Source: a virus
DNA: 64,000 bases
IMG/VR virus record: IMGVR_UViG_3300033048_000096
Strand: one strand, 5' to 3'
The translations under genes and the position numbers were made by a program. Below, piece after piece: positions 1-10,300 of the stretch (its first letter is position 1; each line of letters starts with the position of its first letter). Under the pieces are notes generated by a model that did not search any database, had not been told where the DNA came from, and was given only the letters and a program-made list of their open reading frames with translations.

Positions 1-2172
1 GATCAAGTCCGATGATGATACGGCACCACTGTCATTTAAGATTCTGACTTGAGCCTGTATGCCAGACTCTATCGAATTTCGCTCAGCTCTCAACGAATTA
101 AGAAGAATACTGCCTCCTGATAAATTATTCGCATCAGTCAATCTTCTTATTATAGCATCTAACTCAGCTCTCCTAACTTGTAACTGCCTGATGTTTTCAT
201 TCGACTTATTTCTTAATATATTTGAATTTGCGGTCTGTAGTAATGTCTGACTGCTCATCGTCACCATTCTGTATGGACGGAAGTTACCAAAATGATTGTT
301 TTGACGACGCACGACATCAAGAACGGCAGATAATGGATCCGTGTTGTTTAAAGCAGATGAAGCTGACTGTCTGCTTATATTATGAACCTGATATGCTTGG
401 TCAATAAATGTCTGAACATTATATGGCTGGCCAACAATCAATAAACTTAATATATTCGCTATATCCAAGTTGTTTAAAACATCCTGAGCGACAGTTAATC
501 CATACGTTTGGTTATGTATCGCTTGGGTAACCTCACCCTCATTTAAAGGATCAACTGTGCTTATAGACGCAGTAGCAGTTATGATGCCCTCCTTCCATCT
601 ATACACCAATCCCTGGGGGTGTTGCATCACTTTAGTTCCTGACAGGGAGCCACTCTTGTTATATTGGCCTTGAAGCAGATTACCTTCTGTCGCTACTTGC
701 CCATTTAGGATTCCCGAATCATAAAACAATAAACCACTTTTTATTAAGCTTTTATTCTCTTCTAGAAGTTGAGGACCTCCAGCAGATAATATCATTCCCG
801 TTGCATCAGTCTTTATTTCATAAGGAGTTAGCGGATCCTCTAACACGCCTTGCGGATCCTGAAGAGCAGGCTCTATCATGAATCTTGACCATTGTAACCA
901 TCCCATGTTATCAATGCAGTTTACCTTAAGGATCCACTGACCATTATTCCATGTCTCACTTATACGAGTAATGTATCCGCCAAATACGTGACGCATCGCG
1001 AAAGAAGAATCAGAAAATTGCCTTAAGTTTTTGTATGTCTCTAAATCTAACTTACCCTTGGTGAATAAAATTCTTTCCGCTTCGAATATTGTTTCATCAA
1101 CCGATAGGAAATCCCTATCAAATATTTCTTCCTGACTTGAGAAGTTTTCTACAGTCTTATTACCTCTTATATAAAAATGAACACCATCTCCTGCATTTAT
1201 AAATGGCTTGCCAAGATAAAATATTCTCATTCTATCTCTTATGTAGTCTACATTTATTTCCGGATCCAAAGTTCCTAACCCAAGAATCTCAAGGCCAGCC
1301 CCGACTATGCTCCTGGTGTCAATGGCAGGTACCTCAGGGTTGCTTAATTCAGTTAGCAAACCTATCGTGCCAACCAAAGCCTCCTCTATGGCAACCTCTA
1401 TGTCAGCTTCTGTTATATTCATAATTCTATACGGGTCTTCTAATGAGAAGCTCGCGGAACTTGGTTCGGAATTTAAATTTATTAAAGTCGTAAAACTAGA
1501 ATACATACCAACCTCGATGACCCCAGTACCCGGCCCGGTCTCATAATTGTTAGTATTGTTTGGATCAACTATCCATGTAGTAAATGTTAGATCGCTAGCA
1601 AATGCGTTTCTCTCCAATATCATTAATACATCTTCTTTGACGTCATCATATCCTGCATCCGCTAATGTGTTTCCTAAGGCTGACAACAATTGGTTAAAAT
1701 CACTTCGTGTTCTATCTATACTTGGATCAACCGTTAAGAATTGTGAGTTATGAAGAAGCTCGGCGAATAATGATAAATTTATTTCGGATGTTTGCTCGAA
1801 TATATCCTCAACCTTAGTTAAACTTTCGTAAGCCCTAATCTGAGCAACCTTGTAAGCGAATAATGACTTGGTTGAACGTAGAAGCAACTTTTCGGTACGA
1901 TCCATCCACTGAAGATCGTTGACGTGCTTGAAGGTTGAGAAAGCTTTTTTCTTGATCAATATGGACGCCCTCGGAGATAGGGTGACTATGGCCCTCTCCT
2001 TTGGCGTTATCGCTGCCGTACGGCTCTCCCCGAGCCTTACAGATACCCCAGCACCAAATAGGTTGCTCTCGCTCGGCACGGGGCATCTCACGCTAAATTT
2101 GCCATTGCGAACATCTGCTAAAATATTTTTTATACTTAAACTTATAGTGTTTCCGAATTTCTTCCCGGCCAT
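1..2172 (-). CDS. Baseplate hub-like protein (partial, runs off the window's left end)
   Basis: ATG at 2172 directly after the stop of 2173..3111 (MAGKKFGNTISLSIK...). It is missing from the ORF track, consistent with no stop before the window edge. Contains a hub-like segment DGVHFYIRG...RHVFGGYITRISETWNNGQWILKVNCIDNMGWL and lies downstream of the TMP. Confidence 0.6.
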   Translation of the reverse strand, partial: MAGKKFGNTISLSIKNILADVRNGKFSVRCPVPSESNLFGAGVSVRLGESRTAAITPKERAIVTLSPRASILIKKKAFSTFKHVNDLQWMDRTEKLLLRSTKSLFAYKVAQIRAYESLTKVEDIFEQTSEINLSLFAELLHNSQFLTVDPSIDRTRSDFNQLLSALGNTLADAGYDDVKEDVLMILERNAFASDLTFTTWIVDPNNTNNYETGPGTGVIEVGMYSSFTTLINLNSEPSSASFSLEDPYRIMNITEADIEVAIEEALVGTIGLLTELSNPEVPAIDTRSIVGAGLEILGLGTLDPEINVDYIRDRMRIFYLGKPFINAGDGVHFYIRGNKTVENFSSQEEIFDRDFLSVDETIFEAERILFTKGKLDLETYKNLRQFSDSSFAMRHVFGGYITRISETWNNGQWILKVNCIDNMGWLQWSRFMIEPALQDPQGVLEDPLTPYEIKTDATGMILSAGGPQLLEENKSLIKSGLLFYDSGILNGQVATEGNLLQGQYNKSGSLSGTKVMQHPQGLVYRWKEGIITATASISTVDPLNEGEVTQAIHNQTYGLTVAQDVLNNLDIANILSLLIVGQPYNVQTFIDQAYQVHNISRQSASSALNNTDPLSAVLDVVRRQNNHFGNFRPYRMVTMSSQTLLQTANSNILRNKSNENIRQLQVRRAELDAIIRRLTDANNLSGGSILLNSLRAERNSIESGIQAQVRILNDSGAVSSSDLI

Positions 2173-3111
2173 TTAACTTCCTTTAATTGAACTATTTCTA
2201 TTTATGCTAACCAGATTTATATCCGGATTATTCGACTCTTGAGTCTCTCTTATAGAGGATGTTACCGAATTAGTTATTCCTGGTTCATTATTATTTTGAC
2301 TATTTCTCAATAAAGACTGCTGAGTCGTAGTCGGGAAACTAAGTTCATCTAACTTTTGACCTTCGTTAGGGGTGGATATCGTAACCGCGTTGCCACTGCT
2401 GTCAGTAGGCTTTCTATGCCAAGGCATGAAGTTACTTCTAGTGCCAGTTCTCTTGGTTATCATAAATGTAAACTTATACTCAAAGTGCCCAGGAGTTGAA
2501 GCGCTCTCATCTACGCCGAAGTTTTTGAAGTATCCAGTGAACTTTTCTCCTTGCCAATATAATATCATGCTCGTTGCGAAGGCTCCAATCGTGGGAATTA
2601 ATTCTACCGACAATGAATTGTTATCAGCTATTCCTTGAGCAGCATTAGTTATCTCCTCAATTACCGAACTTGCACCATTCACTATCCCAGAAAATCCATT
2701 TTTAGTTATCGTGTCTACTATGGATATTATTCCAGCACCAGCATTGGCCACGGCACCTAATTCGTCAAGAGAGGCTCTAGCGTTTTGATCTAACATTACC
2801 GCTCTTTCTAATAAAATATTATTAAATTGAGTTATTTCATTCCTATATACACCTCTCAATATATTTATAGCTTCTATGCCTCCTGAACCTGTAGTCCCAG
2901 ACGCTTGAATCTGACCAAGCTCCTCTCCCCAATAATGTATCGCGTATCCACCCTTTGTTAACGTTTCATTTATTATCTTTGTGTCATCTATTCCGAAGGT
3001 CTGTGGGTTTATATACAAAGGAACGATAGCTCTACCCGTAAGATCGGTCCTACCCAGTGACCCAATCGTTAAGGGTATTAAAAATTTCATAGTTCTTCTT
3101 TGCACTGTCAT
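2173..3111 (-). CDS. Baseplate / tail-tube initiator-like protein
   Basis: LYINPQ...TKGGYAIHYWGEEL..I.ASGTTG and F.GYFKNF...E....P..FEY.F.F pattern of tube-fold baseplate proteins; immediately follows the TMP. Confidence 0.6.
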   Translation of the reverse strand: MTVQRRTMKFLIPLTIGSLGRTDLTGRAIVPLYINPQTFGIDDTKIINETLTKGGYAIHYWGEELGQIQASGTTGSGGIEAINILRGVYRNEITQFNNILLERAVMLDQNARASLDELGAVANAGAGIISIVDTITKNGFSGIVNGASSVIEEITNAAQGIADNNSLSVELIPTIGAFATSMILYWQGEKFTGYFKNFGVDESASTPGHFEYKFTFMITKRTGTRSNFMPWHRKPTDSSGNAVTISTPNEGQKLDELSFPTTTQQSLLRNSQNNNEPGITNSVTSSIRETQESNNPDINLVSINRNSSIKGS

Positions 3112-3120
3112 GTTAATTCC

Positions 3121-4908
3121 TTATATTGCTTTGCCATCTCTTTTAGATATATAACTTTCCATAACTGAGACCAAAGCATCTATCGACCTCTTTAAATTAC
3201 CCGTAGCAGTATCAGCACCCTTGTTTGATACCTGCATCGTAATCCCTTTTAATGCGGAAATGATAGCTGAACTATTATCAAGACTATCTATCTTTGACTC
3301 AATCGATTTAAATGTATCGGTAATACTTCCGCCAGCCGAAGAGAATCCTTTTTGAAAATCTATAGCCAACTCCTGTGGACTTTGCGCATTAACATCTTTT
3401 AGGCTGGAGCTAATTGACTTAACGGCTTCATCTTGGAATTGAGTCACGACACCTGACAAGCTGTCTCCACTTATTCTAAATCCCTCTATTAAGTTTCTAT
3501 TCATTAAATTGATCTCGGCGAATGTCGCTTCCGTGTACTTAGCGGTCTTTTCTTGATAACCCAAAGTTTCACTTCTTCCTGCGGTAATTTCTTGCAAATC
3601 TTTCCCTAATGACTCAGCCAAGTCTATATTTCCGCTCTTAGTGGCATTCCCTAGCTCTTGTAATAGCTCAAGCGTCCTGTCCTGTGCCCCAGGGTCCTGA
3701 ATGCCGTAGAGGTCCTCTAGGAGCTTAGTCTGCGTATAGAATGTAGCTTGCAGTGCGGGGTCAGCGGCAGCTTCTTGTACCGTAACTATTTGGCCCCCAG
3801 TAAATGATGCTAATGTATCCTTTAATGCATTGGCCATTTCCATTGCTATTTTACCTTGGTCTCCACCCTCCTTATTAGATTCTAACAAGCTAGCTCTAAG
3901 ACCGATTCCTGCGCCCAACGCTCCACCTCCGCCACCCATGTCCAGCCCACCTCGTTGGAATGTTACATACGCTGCGGCATAATTTGATGTCAGCTTAACC
4001 AAAGCGCCACTTAATGATTCTGATAGCTCTATGGCATTTTCAAACCCAAGGCCCATCCCCTTTAGAGAGTCAGCAAATCCTTCCAATATAGGTTGGCCGA
4101 AATCTGCGGTTAATCCTAATTTTGAAAAATTGCCAGCTAAAGTCTGCAAACTACCAGCTACCTTATCAACTCGTAAACCAGTGCTGTTAGAAATATCACC
4201 AAACATAGCCATCTGCTCAGCGGCCTGTTGAGATGTTAGCCCCTGCTTTAGCATCGCTTGACCAATTAACTCAGTATATTTAGCTACTTCGAGCCCCAAT
4301 GATTTTGAATGCAAGAATGCTGTATTTAATAGATCCATTTTTCCAGCAGCAGATGAAATTATATCACTCATATGCTCTAACGGTATTCCTGCCTGCTCTA
4401 ACCCTTTTACTGCAGAAATTCTATCTGCAGGTGATATAAATCCAGCTTCAGCTTTTGCGAAATCTTGAGCGGAAGAAATTATGTACTCTGAAAATTGCTT
4501 AGCAGACGCAAAACTACCATTAAATTTAGACACGGATTCGTATAAAGAGGCATTTAGATTTCTGGAAAATCCAGTGACAGAGTCAATGGCTCCACCAACT
4601 CCATCCAGTAAGGCGGCTAATTTAATCGCTCCACCCATTACTGTGCCGAATGTATCACTTAATAGACCCATTCCCTTCGAAAGAATCCCCGTACCCAAAT
4701 CAAGGCCCATAGCGCTTCCTAGGTTACCAAGCCCTGAAGTTAATCTAGAGGCAGCAGCTATGCTAGAATCCATAGACTTAACCAAAGAATCGAAACCTAA
4801 TCCACCGCCTAAAGCTTTTTTATTTAAATCATCAAGAGCGGAAGATGCGGTACTTATTGATGAATTAATATCTTCTAATGATTCTAATATTTTTTTATTC
4901 TTTGCCAT
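3121..4908 (-). CDS. Tape measure protein
   Basis: 595 aa, Ala/Gly/Ser/Leu-rich and helical; directly downstream of the frameshifting chaperone pair. Confidence 0.75.
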   Translation of the reverse strand: MAKNKKILESLEDINSSISTASSALDDLNKKALGGGLGFDSLVKSMDSSIAAASRLTSGLGNLGSAMGLDLGTGILSKGMGLLSDTFGTVMGGAIKLAALLDGVGGAIDSVTGFSRNLNASLYESVSKFNGSFASAKQFSEYIISSAQDFAKAEAGFISPADRISAVKGLEQAGIPLEHMSDIISSAAGKMDLLNTAFLHSKSLGLEVAKYTELIGQAMLKQGLTSQQAAEQMAMFGDISNSTGLRVDKVAGSLQTLAGNFSKLGLTADFGQPILEGFADSLKGMGLGFENAIELSESLSGALVKLTSNYAAAYVTFQRGGLDMGGGGGALGAGIGLRASLLESNKEGGDQGKIAMEMANALKDTLASFTGGQIVTVQEAAADPALQATFYTQTKLLEDLYGIQDPGAQDRTLELLQELGNATKSGNIDLAESLGKDLQEITAGRSETLGYQEKTAKYTEATFAEINLMNRNLIEGFRISGDSLSGVVTQFQDEAVKSISSSLKDVNAQSPQELAIDFQKGFSSAGGSITDTFKSIESKIDSLDNSSAIISALKGITMQVSNKGADTATGNLKRSIDALVSVMESYISKRDGKAI

Positions 4909-5354
4909 TATTTAAAGCTCTCTAATGCGGAATGAATACTTGATAGGTTTGTAGGTAACTTAGTTTTTGGAGGCTTTTTAGACTTAACGTCTCGCCCTCC
5001 TCGTTGTTTCTTTTCTATGCTACGAATTTTCCTGACCGCATCAAGCATTGGGTTATCTTTATAATCACCAGAAATAATATGTTCCTCAAACTCTTCATCA
5101 TTCTTAAAGTTGTGTTGTTCTGCTGAATTTTTCATTTTCTTAGCCTGTCGAACTGCCTCTGGATTCCAGAAAGATGCTAAATATTCTGTTATTGCTATTT
5201 CATGATCAAGTTCTGATTTGCGATCTTGATAAATCATCTCAGAATAAAAATGCCATTGCGCCATAGTTATATCGTCAAAAATAGGATCATCAACCTTGCA
5301 TTTCCATATTTTACATAATTCCCAGCGGAGCCAGAACTCGGGCTCCTTTATTAG
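4908..5354 (-). CDS. Tail assembly chaperone, -1 frameshift extension (gpGT-like)
   Basis: The -1 frame is open from the slippery site (LIKEPEFWLRWELCKIWKCKVDDPIFDDITMAQW...) and in frame with the 4908..5264 ORF (5354-5264=90). Confidence 0.8.
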   Translation of the reverse strand, partial: LIKEPEFWLRWELCKIWKCKVDDPIFDDITMAQWHFYSEMIYQDRKSELDHEIAITEYLASFWNPEAVRQAKKMKNSAEQHNFKNDEEFEEHIISGDYKDNPMLDAVRKIRSIEKKQRGGRDVKSKKPPKTKLPTNLSSIHSALESFK

Positions 5355-5360
5355 TTTTTT
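5327..5360 (-). other. Programmed -1 ribosomal frameshift signal
   Basis: Heptamer A AAA AAC (5360-5354) just before the TAA, a 7-nt spacer, then hairpin GGAGCC-cgagttct-GGCTCC (5346-5327). Confidence 0.85.
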
Positions 5361-5896
5361 ATTTTGTCACTCAGATCACCACTTTCGAAAAAACTATTAG
5401 ACTTCTTTACCAAATCTTCGTACTTGTTAAATAATTTCTCAACTAAATTTGATTGAAATTCAGAAACAACTTCGGACTTTTTATCATCCACCGAAAGATC
5501 ATCGTCACCGTCATATAACTCCTCTAATGGTTGACCATTTATAGATTGAATAACCTGAGCTAATGTAAATTCCTTTACATTCATTAACCTCTCTTCTGCA
5601 TCTAACTTAACTAACCTTCTAACTAACTTCTTTTGCTGCCTATTATTAAGAGTTGACATTTTGAAAATAAATCCACCGGCATGAACCTCTTCTATTACCT
5701 TCCCAAACAAAACTAAATCTTTAAGCTCAGAAGGCACAGGCTCTCTTGGTAACTCAACCTCGACACTAGATTCATTCATTTCCCTTACTTTATCCAAAGC
5801 TACGCTAATTCCACTTGATGAATCATTTACGGTATCCAAAGCTTTAGACGCCTTTGACGCTGTTGAGTGATTTACATTACCATTTCTTCTTCCCAT
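5351..5896 (-). CDS. Tail assembly chaperone (gpG-like)
   Basis: Lies between tube and TMP and ends in a slippery site; TLAQVIQSINGQP...LFNKYEDL pattern. Confidence 0.75.
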   Translation of the reverse strand: MGRRNGNVNHSTASKASKALDTVNDSSSGISVALDKVREMNESSVEVELPREPVPSELKDLVLFGKVIEEVHAGGFIFKMSTLNNRQQKKLVRRLVKLDAEERLMNVKEFTLAQVIQSINGQPLEELYDGDDDLSVDDKKSEVVSEFQSNLVEKLFNKYEDLVKKSNSFFESGDLSDKIKN

Positions 5897-5898
5897 AA

Positions 5899-6510
5899 TT
5901 AAACTCCATTCTCTATAACGTTATCACTTATCTTATTACATAAACTTATGAAATCTTTATGCGATAATAAACCCTTAAATTTCTGACAGGAACGGCATGA
6001 TGAAACTATATTATTTGATACGTATCCCTCATCAGATTCAAGCAATTCTAACCTAACTGTATTAATCTGGGCATTACAATAATGACATTGCTTTTCCCAA
6101 AATAATAAAAATTCATCTAAAGTTAGACCGAACTTAAGTCCAGCCCTAATAGCCTTGTCTTTATATAAACCATACTGTCGAGCAGGCTTATAATTATGAC
6201 ACCTCTTGCATTCAGCCCTGAAAAATGGGGGATTGGGTAGCGATGAGAAGTTTGTCAGCTCTTTAAACTCATCACATCTTTTACAAATCTTACCACCATC
6301 ATTTTTGTATTTTTCCTGAGTGGATTTAGCTCTGGCAGCACCAGAACATATACGACAGCAATATATACCGTCAGCAAGTCTACGTATTACGTTATATAAC
6401 GTACCATACTTAATTTCGAACTCCTCATTACACCAACTACACTTGACGGGAATAATTTCAATATTTTTCCAAATCGATCTATCATTTTTTAAATGCTCTA
6501 ATGTGTACAA
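5899..6510 (-). CDS. Zinc-finger HNH-like protein, probably catalytically degenerate
   Basis: Several CxxC pairs; C-terminal CHYC...LELLESDEGYVSNNIVSSCRSCQKFK, compared with intact DRVDSDKGY..NVVPCC..CN in 31948..33276. Confidence 0.65.
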   Translation of the reverse strand: MYTLEHLKNDRSIWKNIEIIPVKCSWCNEEFEIKYGTLYNVIRRLADGIYCCRICSGAARAKSTQEKYKNDGGKICKRCDEFKELTNFSSLPNPPFFRAECKRCHNYKPARQYGLYKDKAIRAGLKFGLTLDEFLLFWEKQCHYCNAQINTVRLELLESDEGYVSNNIVSSCRSCQKFKGLLSHKDFISLCNKISDNVIENGV

Positions 6511-6580
6511 AATACAAGCTCCGCACCTATAAACAAAAAAGTACCATAAATTTAAAAAGCTATACTCTTTTGCTTAAAAC

Positions 6581-6607
6581 AAAAAACCCAACCAAATGGC
6601 TGGGTTT
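6581..6607 (-). terminator. Rho-independent terminator after tail tube gene
   Basis: Minus strand AAACCCAGCC-ATTT-GGTTGGGTTTTTT. Confidence 0.8.
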
Positions 6608-6628
6608 AATTAGGTTAAGTTCTATATA

Positions 6629-7234
6629 TTAAAAGCTAGCGCTAATAAGCCCGGGGAAGTCAAGTGAGCCTCTTCTTACTCCGGAGTCAGCCAATAGCTC
6701 AACCTCGTCAATTTGACCTGATATCTGACGGCTTCCACCTACGCCCTGGCTTAATGCGACGGCCTCACCACCTCTTAATGTTCTTATGTTTTCAACTTCA
6801 ATATTTACATTCTCTGTTATAATAAAGTTATTCGCATCGTATGCCTTAGATATGCTAGTAAACCAGCAATTTTCATAAGTGGTTATTATGGCGTCATCAT
6901 TGGTTCCTGTGTACTGATCAATTACGACTATATCAAAGGGGATGCGCTGAGCTTGAATATTTCTAAATCCTCTTGAAAAAGCTTCTGTCACGCTTAATCC
7001 GTCATAAACAATTCTATCAACAGTTAGCTGAAAGTTTGCTATCTCCTGAGGGACTACCTCTAGAGTACCATCCGTACCTATCTCAGCAATTCTCTTTGAT
7101 GAACGATTCTGACTCTCTTGGAATGACTGCACGGCGCCAACAGGTTCGTTATTTACCATGATAATTATTTGAGTAGATAACGCTGTTCTAGTAGCACTGT
7201 CTAATATAGAACCTGTTCTAGGGTATGTAGCCAT
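6629..7234 (-). CDS. Tail tube protein
   Basis: IMVNNEPVGAVQSFQESQNR...EIGTDG..EVVP...YENCWFTS..KAY......ITENV; directly after the sheath; GGAG RBS. Confidence 0.85.
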   Translation of the reverse strand: MATYPRTGSILDSATRTALSTQIIIMVNNEPVGAVQSFQESQNRSSKRIAEIGTDGTLEVVPQEIANFQLTVDRIVYDGLSVTEAFSRGFRNIQAQRIPFDIVVIDQYTGTNDDAIITTYENCWFTSISKAYDANNFIITENVNIEVENIRTLRGGEAVALSQGVGGSRQISGQIDEVELLADSGVRRGSLDFPGLISASF

Positions 7235-7298
7235 AATTTTCTCCTAAAGAATTTTATTACATTATTCATAATAACTATGAAATATAAATAGAACGCTT

Positions 7299-7339
7299 AA
7301 AAAAAGCCTCCGAGTGGTGAATTGCGCCACGCGGAGGCC
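7299..7339 (-). terminator. Rho-independent terminator/attenuator between sheath and tube
   Basis: Minus strand GCCTCCGCGTGG...CCACTCGGAGGC followed by T7. Confidence 0.75.
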
Positions 7340-7355
7340 GAAAAAGCAATTATAT

Positions 7356-10300
7356 TTATAAGATTCCAACCTCTAAGTCGATGAATACGAAATTGATTGG
7401 AAATGGCGGAGAATATAATAGGAAGATATCCCATTGTCTTGGATCAATTTTGTTCCTCTCGACCCTTACATTTTTGAATTCGGTAACTAATCCCCTTGAT
7501 ACTAGGGAAATCATTAATCCTACCACCCGGGAAGTCATTACGCCCTGAGTATTATTATCCTCAACGGTTCCTACAAATGGACGCATACCCTGCCTAAGCT
7601 CTTCCTTGACTCTATCCCTAACGAATCTTATTGAAATTTCTTCATCCTCAATAAATCCGGACTGACTAGTTGTTCTGCCAGCTAAAACTTGACCTCCGCC
7701 TATCACAGGTTGAACTACGGTAGCTCCCTCTGCCCCAAGCTGATTAAGTATTGTAGGTCTGAACTTCTTATCTCTTAATATAGAGAATCCTGATAACGTT
7801 TTGAAGGTTAATGGGATCGCGACATTTTGAGTCGACGCAAAATACCCAGAAGCAGCTGCCGCCATGTAGAATCCATCTATGAAGGTGTTAGTTCCATTTA
7901 TAGGTCTTACTATTTGATCGGGATAGAAGTATACAGATCTGTTACTAGTGTAATTATCACTTAACTTGAAATTCTGAAGATCTTCTGTGTTACCATCCAA
8001 TACTTCCTCGGGATCATCACCCTGAATGCCCTCAAGCACTCCAATGTCTTCTACAGCGACCTCTTCTAATCCGAGTAGAGCACTAGCAGTAACACCCTGC
8101 TGGGCACCAAACATTGTTATTCTTTCTTTCTGAATAGCTATAGTACTCATAGTCTCTACGTGCTGAATAGCTGCCCTGAAGATACCACCTCGATTCTGAA
8201 GAGGAAGAGGAATAACCATCTGGCAATCTTCAGCCTCAAGTGACTCAAAAGCCTCAAACCAGTTAGTGTCGAAGAAGTCAGCGTCTACCTCATCAATATA
8301 AGAGATCCTGACACCATCACCAACTTGCATAGCTCCGCTATCAACCAAGTCTCTATGAAGAAGTAACGAAGAACGTAGATTTGTGGTGTCAGATAGATCC
8401 TTAATGAAGAATTGAATATCTACAGCGTCAGATAGTACAATCGGAAGGCCTGTCACGTTTCCGGCTACTGTAACTGTACTATCATTGACGACCCCGGTAA
8501 TAACTAATTCGACGCCAGTGGTAGTAACACCAAATAGGTGAGCGCTTATATCATCGGATGTCGTTAGGACTGCTCCAGAAGATGTTTCCAAACTCTGTAT
8601 GACAATTACCTGACCAACATCTTCGCCGTCAAAATCAACCTCAGCTGTTGAGAATATTCCATCAGCAGCTGTTATGTCTCCATTAAAGCCCTGCCCTGTA
8701 ACCTTGGTGTCGGTATTTATTATGGTATAAGAAAATGTAGTGTCAGGACTCGATATAAACTGAGTTTGACCAGTAGGACTTTCAAGCTGAGGATTATAAA
8801 ATCCAACCTTATTAGGGAATATTTGAGTCTCCAATCCACCCCTAACTATAAATATATTTACCTGAGTCTCAATATCGGGTCTTGCTTTTTGTAACCCAGA
8901 TACCGGAAGAGGTATTACGAAAGTAAGATCATCAGCCTCGCAATCTACAGCTAAGCCTCCGCATGCCTGAAACCCTCCACTTCCGTTAGCGTCTATTTCT
9001 GGCAGAAGAGTTACACTTGTTCTTCTAGGAATGGGCGGCTTACACTGCACTGCCAGCACAAATGGTGATTGGTTCTCGAAACACAGCTTAGCACCCAAGG
9101 AAAGCGTATTTGACAAACTTTCCTGACCATGCTTAACTGATAACTCCGCAGAACTAACGAATAGCTGGGGATCATTTATATCACTGAGGGCAATGTATTT
9201 AGCCTCAAGTCTATCATTTTCCTTAAGAACTTTGGAATTAACATCTATGAAGAATTTATCCCCAACAGAGAATGGAACTAATCCTGGATTTATTCCGAAT
9301 ATAATTACACCATTTGTTTCTAGCATGTGGAACTCAAGACCAATTTCAGCCAAACCATCGGCATCATCATCTAATAAGTTGGGGAATCCTAACGCCGAAT
9401 CACTCAAAGAACTTACTCTAAGTCGTCTGGACGAAGTAACTTGATCAACTCTATAGAAACCTTGCGAATCGCCGCTGCAAATTGACAGAACTTTTCCAAG
9501 CTCACCACTAGTAAAGCTGCCTTCAGTAGTAGGCACTCCAGTAACATCATTATGAAGAACCGAGGGATCGTCGATGAATAAGTTCGTCGCTCTTATCTCC
9601 CAATCAGAAGCGGATACATCATAAGCTATGCTGTCAGTTGCTAGTGTCAATGTGGTAACATCTGTTCCTGAATCATAATCTATATCATCTATTTCAATTC
9701 CGATGTAACCATCTATGCAAAGCTCATCACCGACCAAGGCTTGGCCCTGAGCAATAAGGTTGCCAGAGAACTCAAAGAATCTGGTCGTTAGTGGCGTTGC
9801 ATCACCCACTATAGACGCTGCGGCCCCCGTCCCGAAGCCTAGGCTGTCCGCAACGACAAAGCCGTCGTCACACGCCTCTTGAGTCCCGGAAACAGCACCT
9901 GCCGTGCCAGTGTAATATGAATCATGGAATAATATTGGTTGAGCGAATGCATCGGTTAGTTGCCCAGATACCGATCCGGATACAGTAAATGTAGTTAGTC
10001 CAGGAATTGAATCACCATTGGAATCTCTTATAACTCCGATAACTCTCACCGTCCATCTTTCCTCTGGAGCATTTTCGTCAAGGATTGATATTAAATCATT
10101 AATTCCGCAAGTGCCATCTACGATAACTCCGTCACCAACATTTAAAGTGCTAGCAGAAAACTTACTTCCGTTCTGATCACCTATGCTCGCTCCCTGAAGT
10201 TCGATACAGCCGCTGCTTATATCTAGCCTGAAATCAAAATCACCATCAAATGGGCTCGAATCAATCTGATCCTCTAAGCCCCGTAGTTGATTGCCATTTA

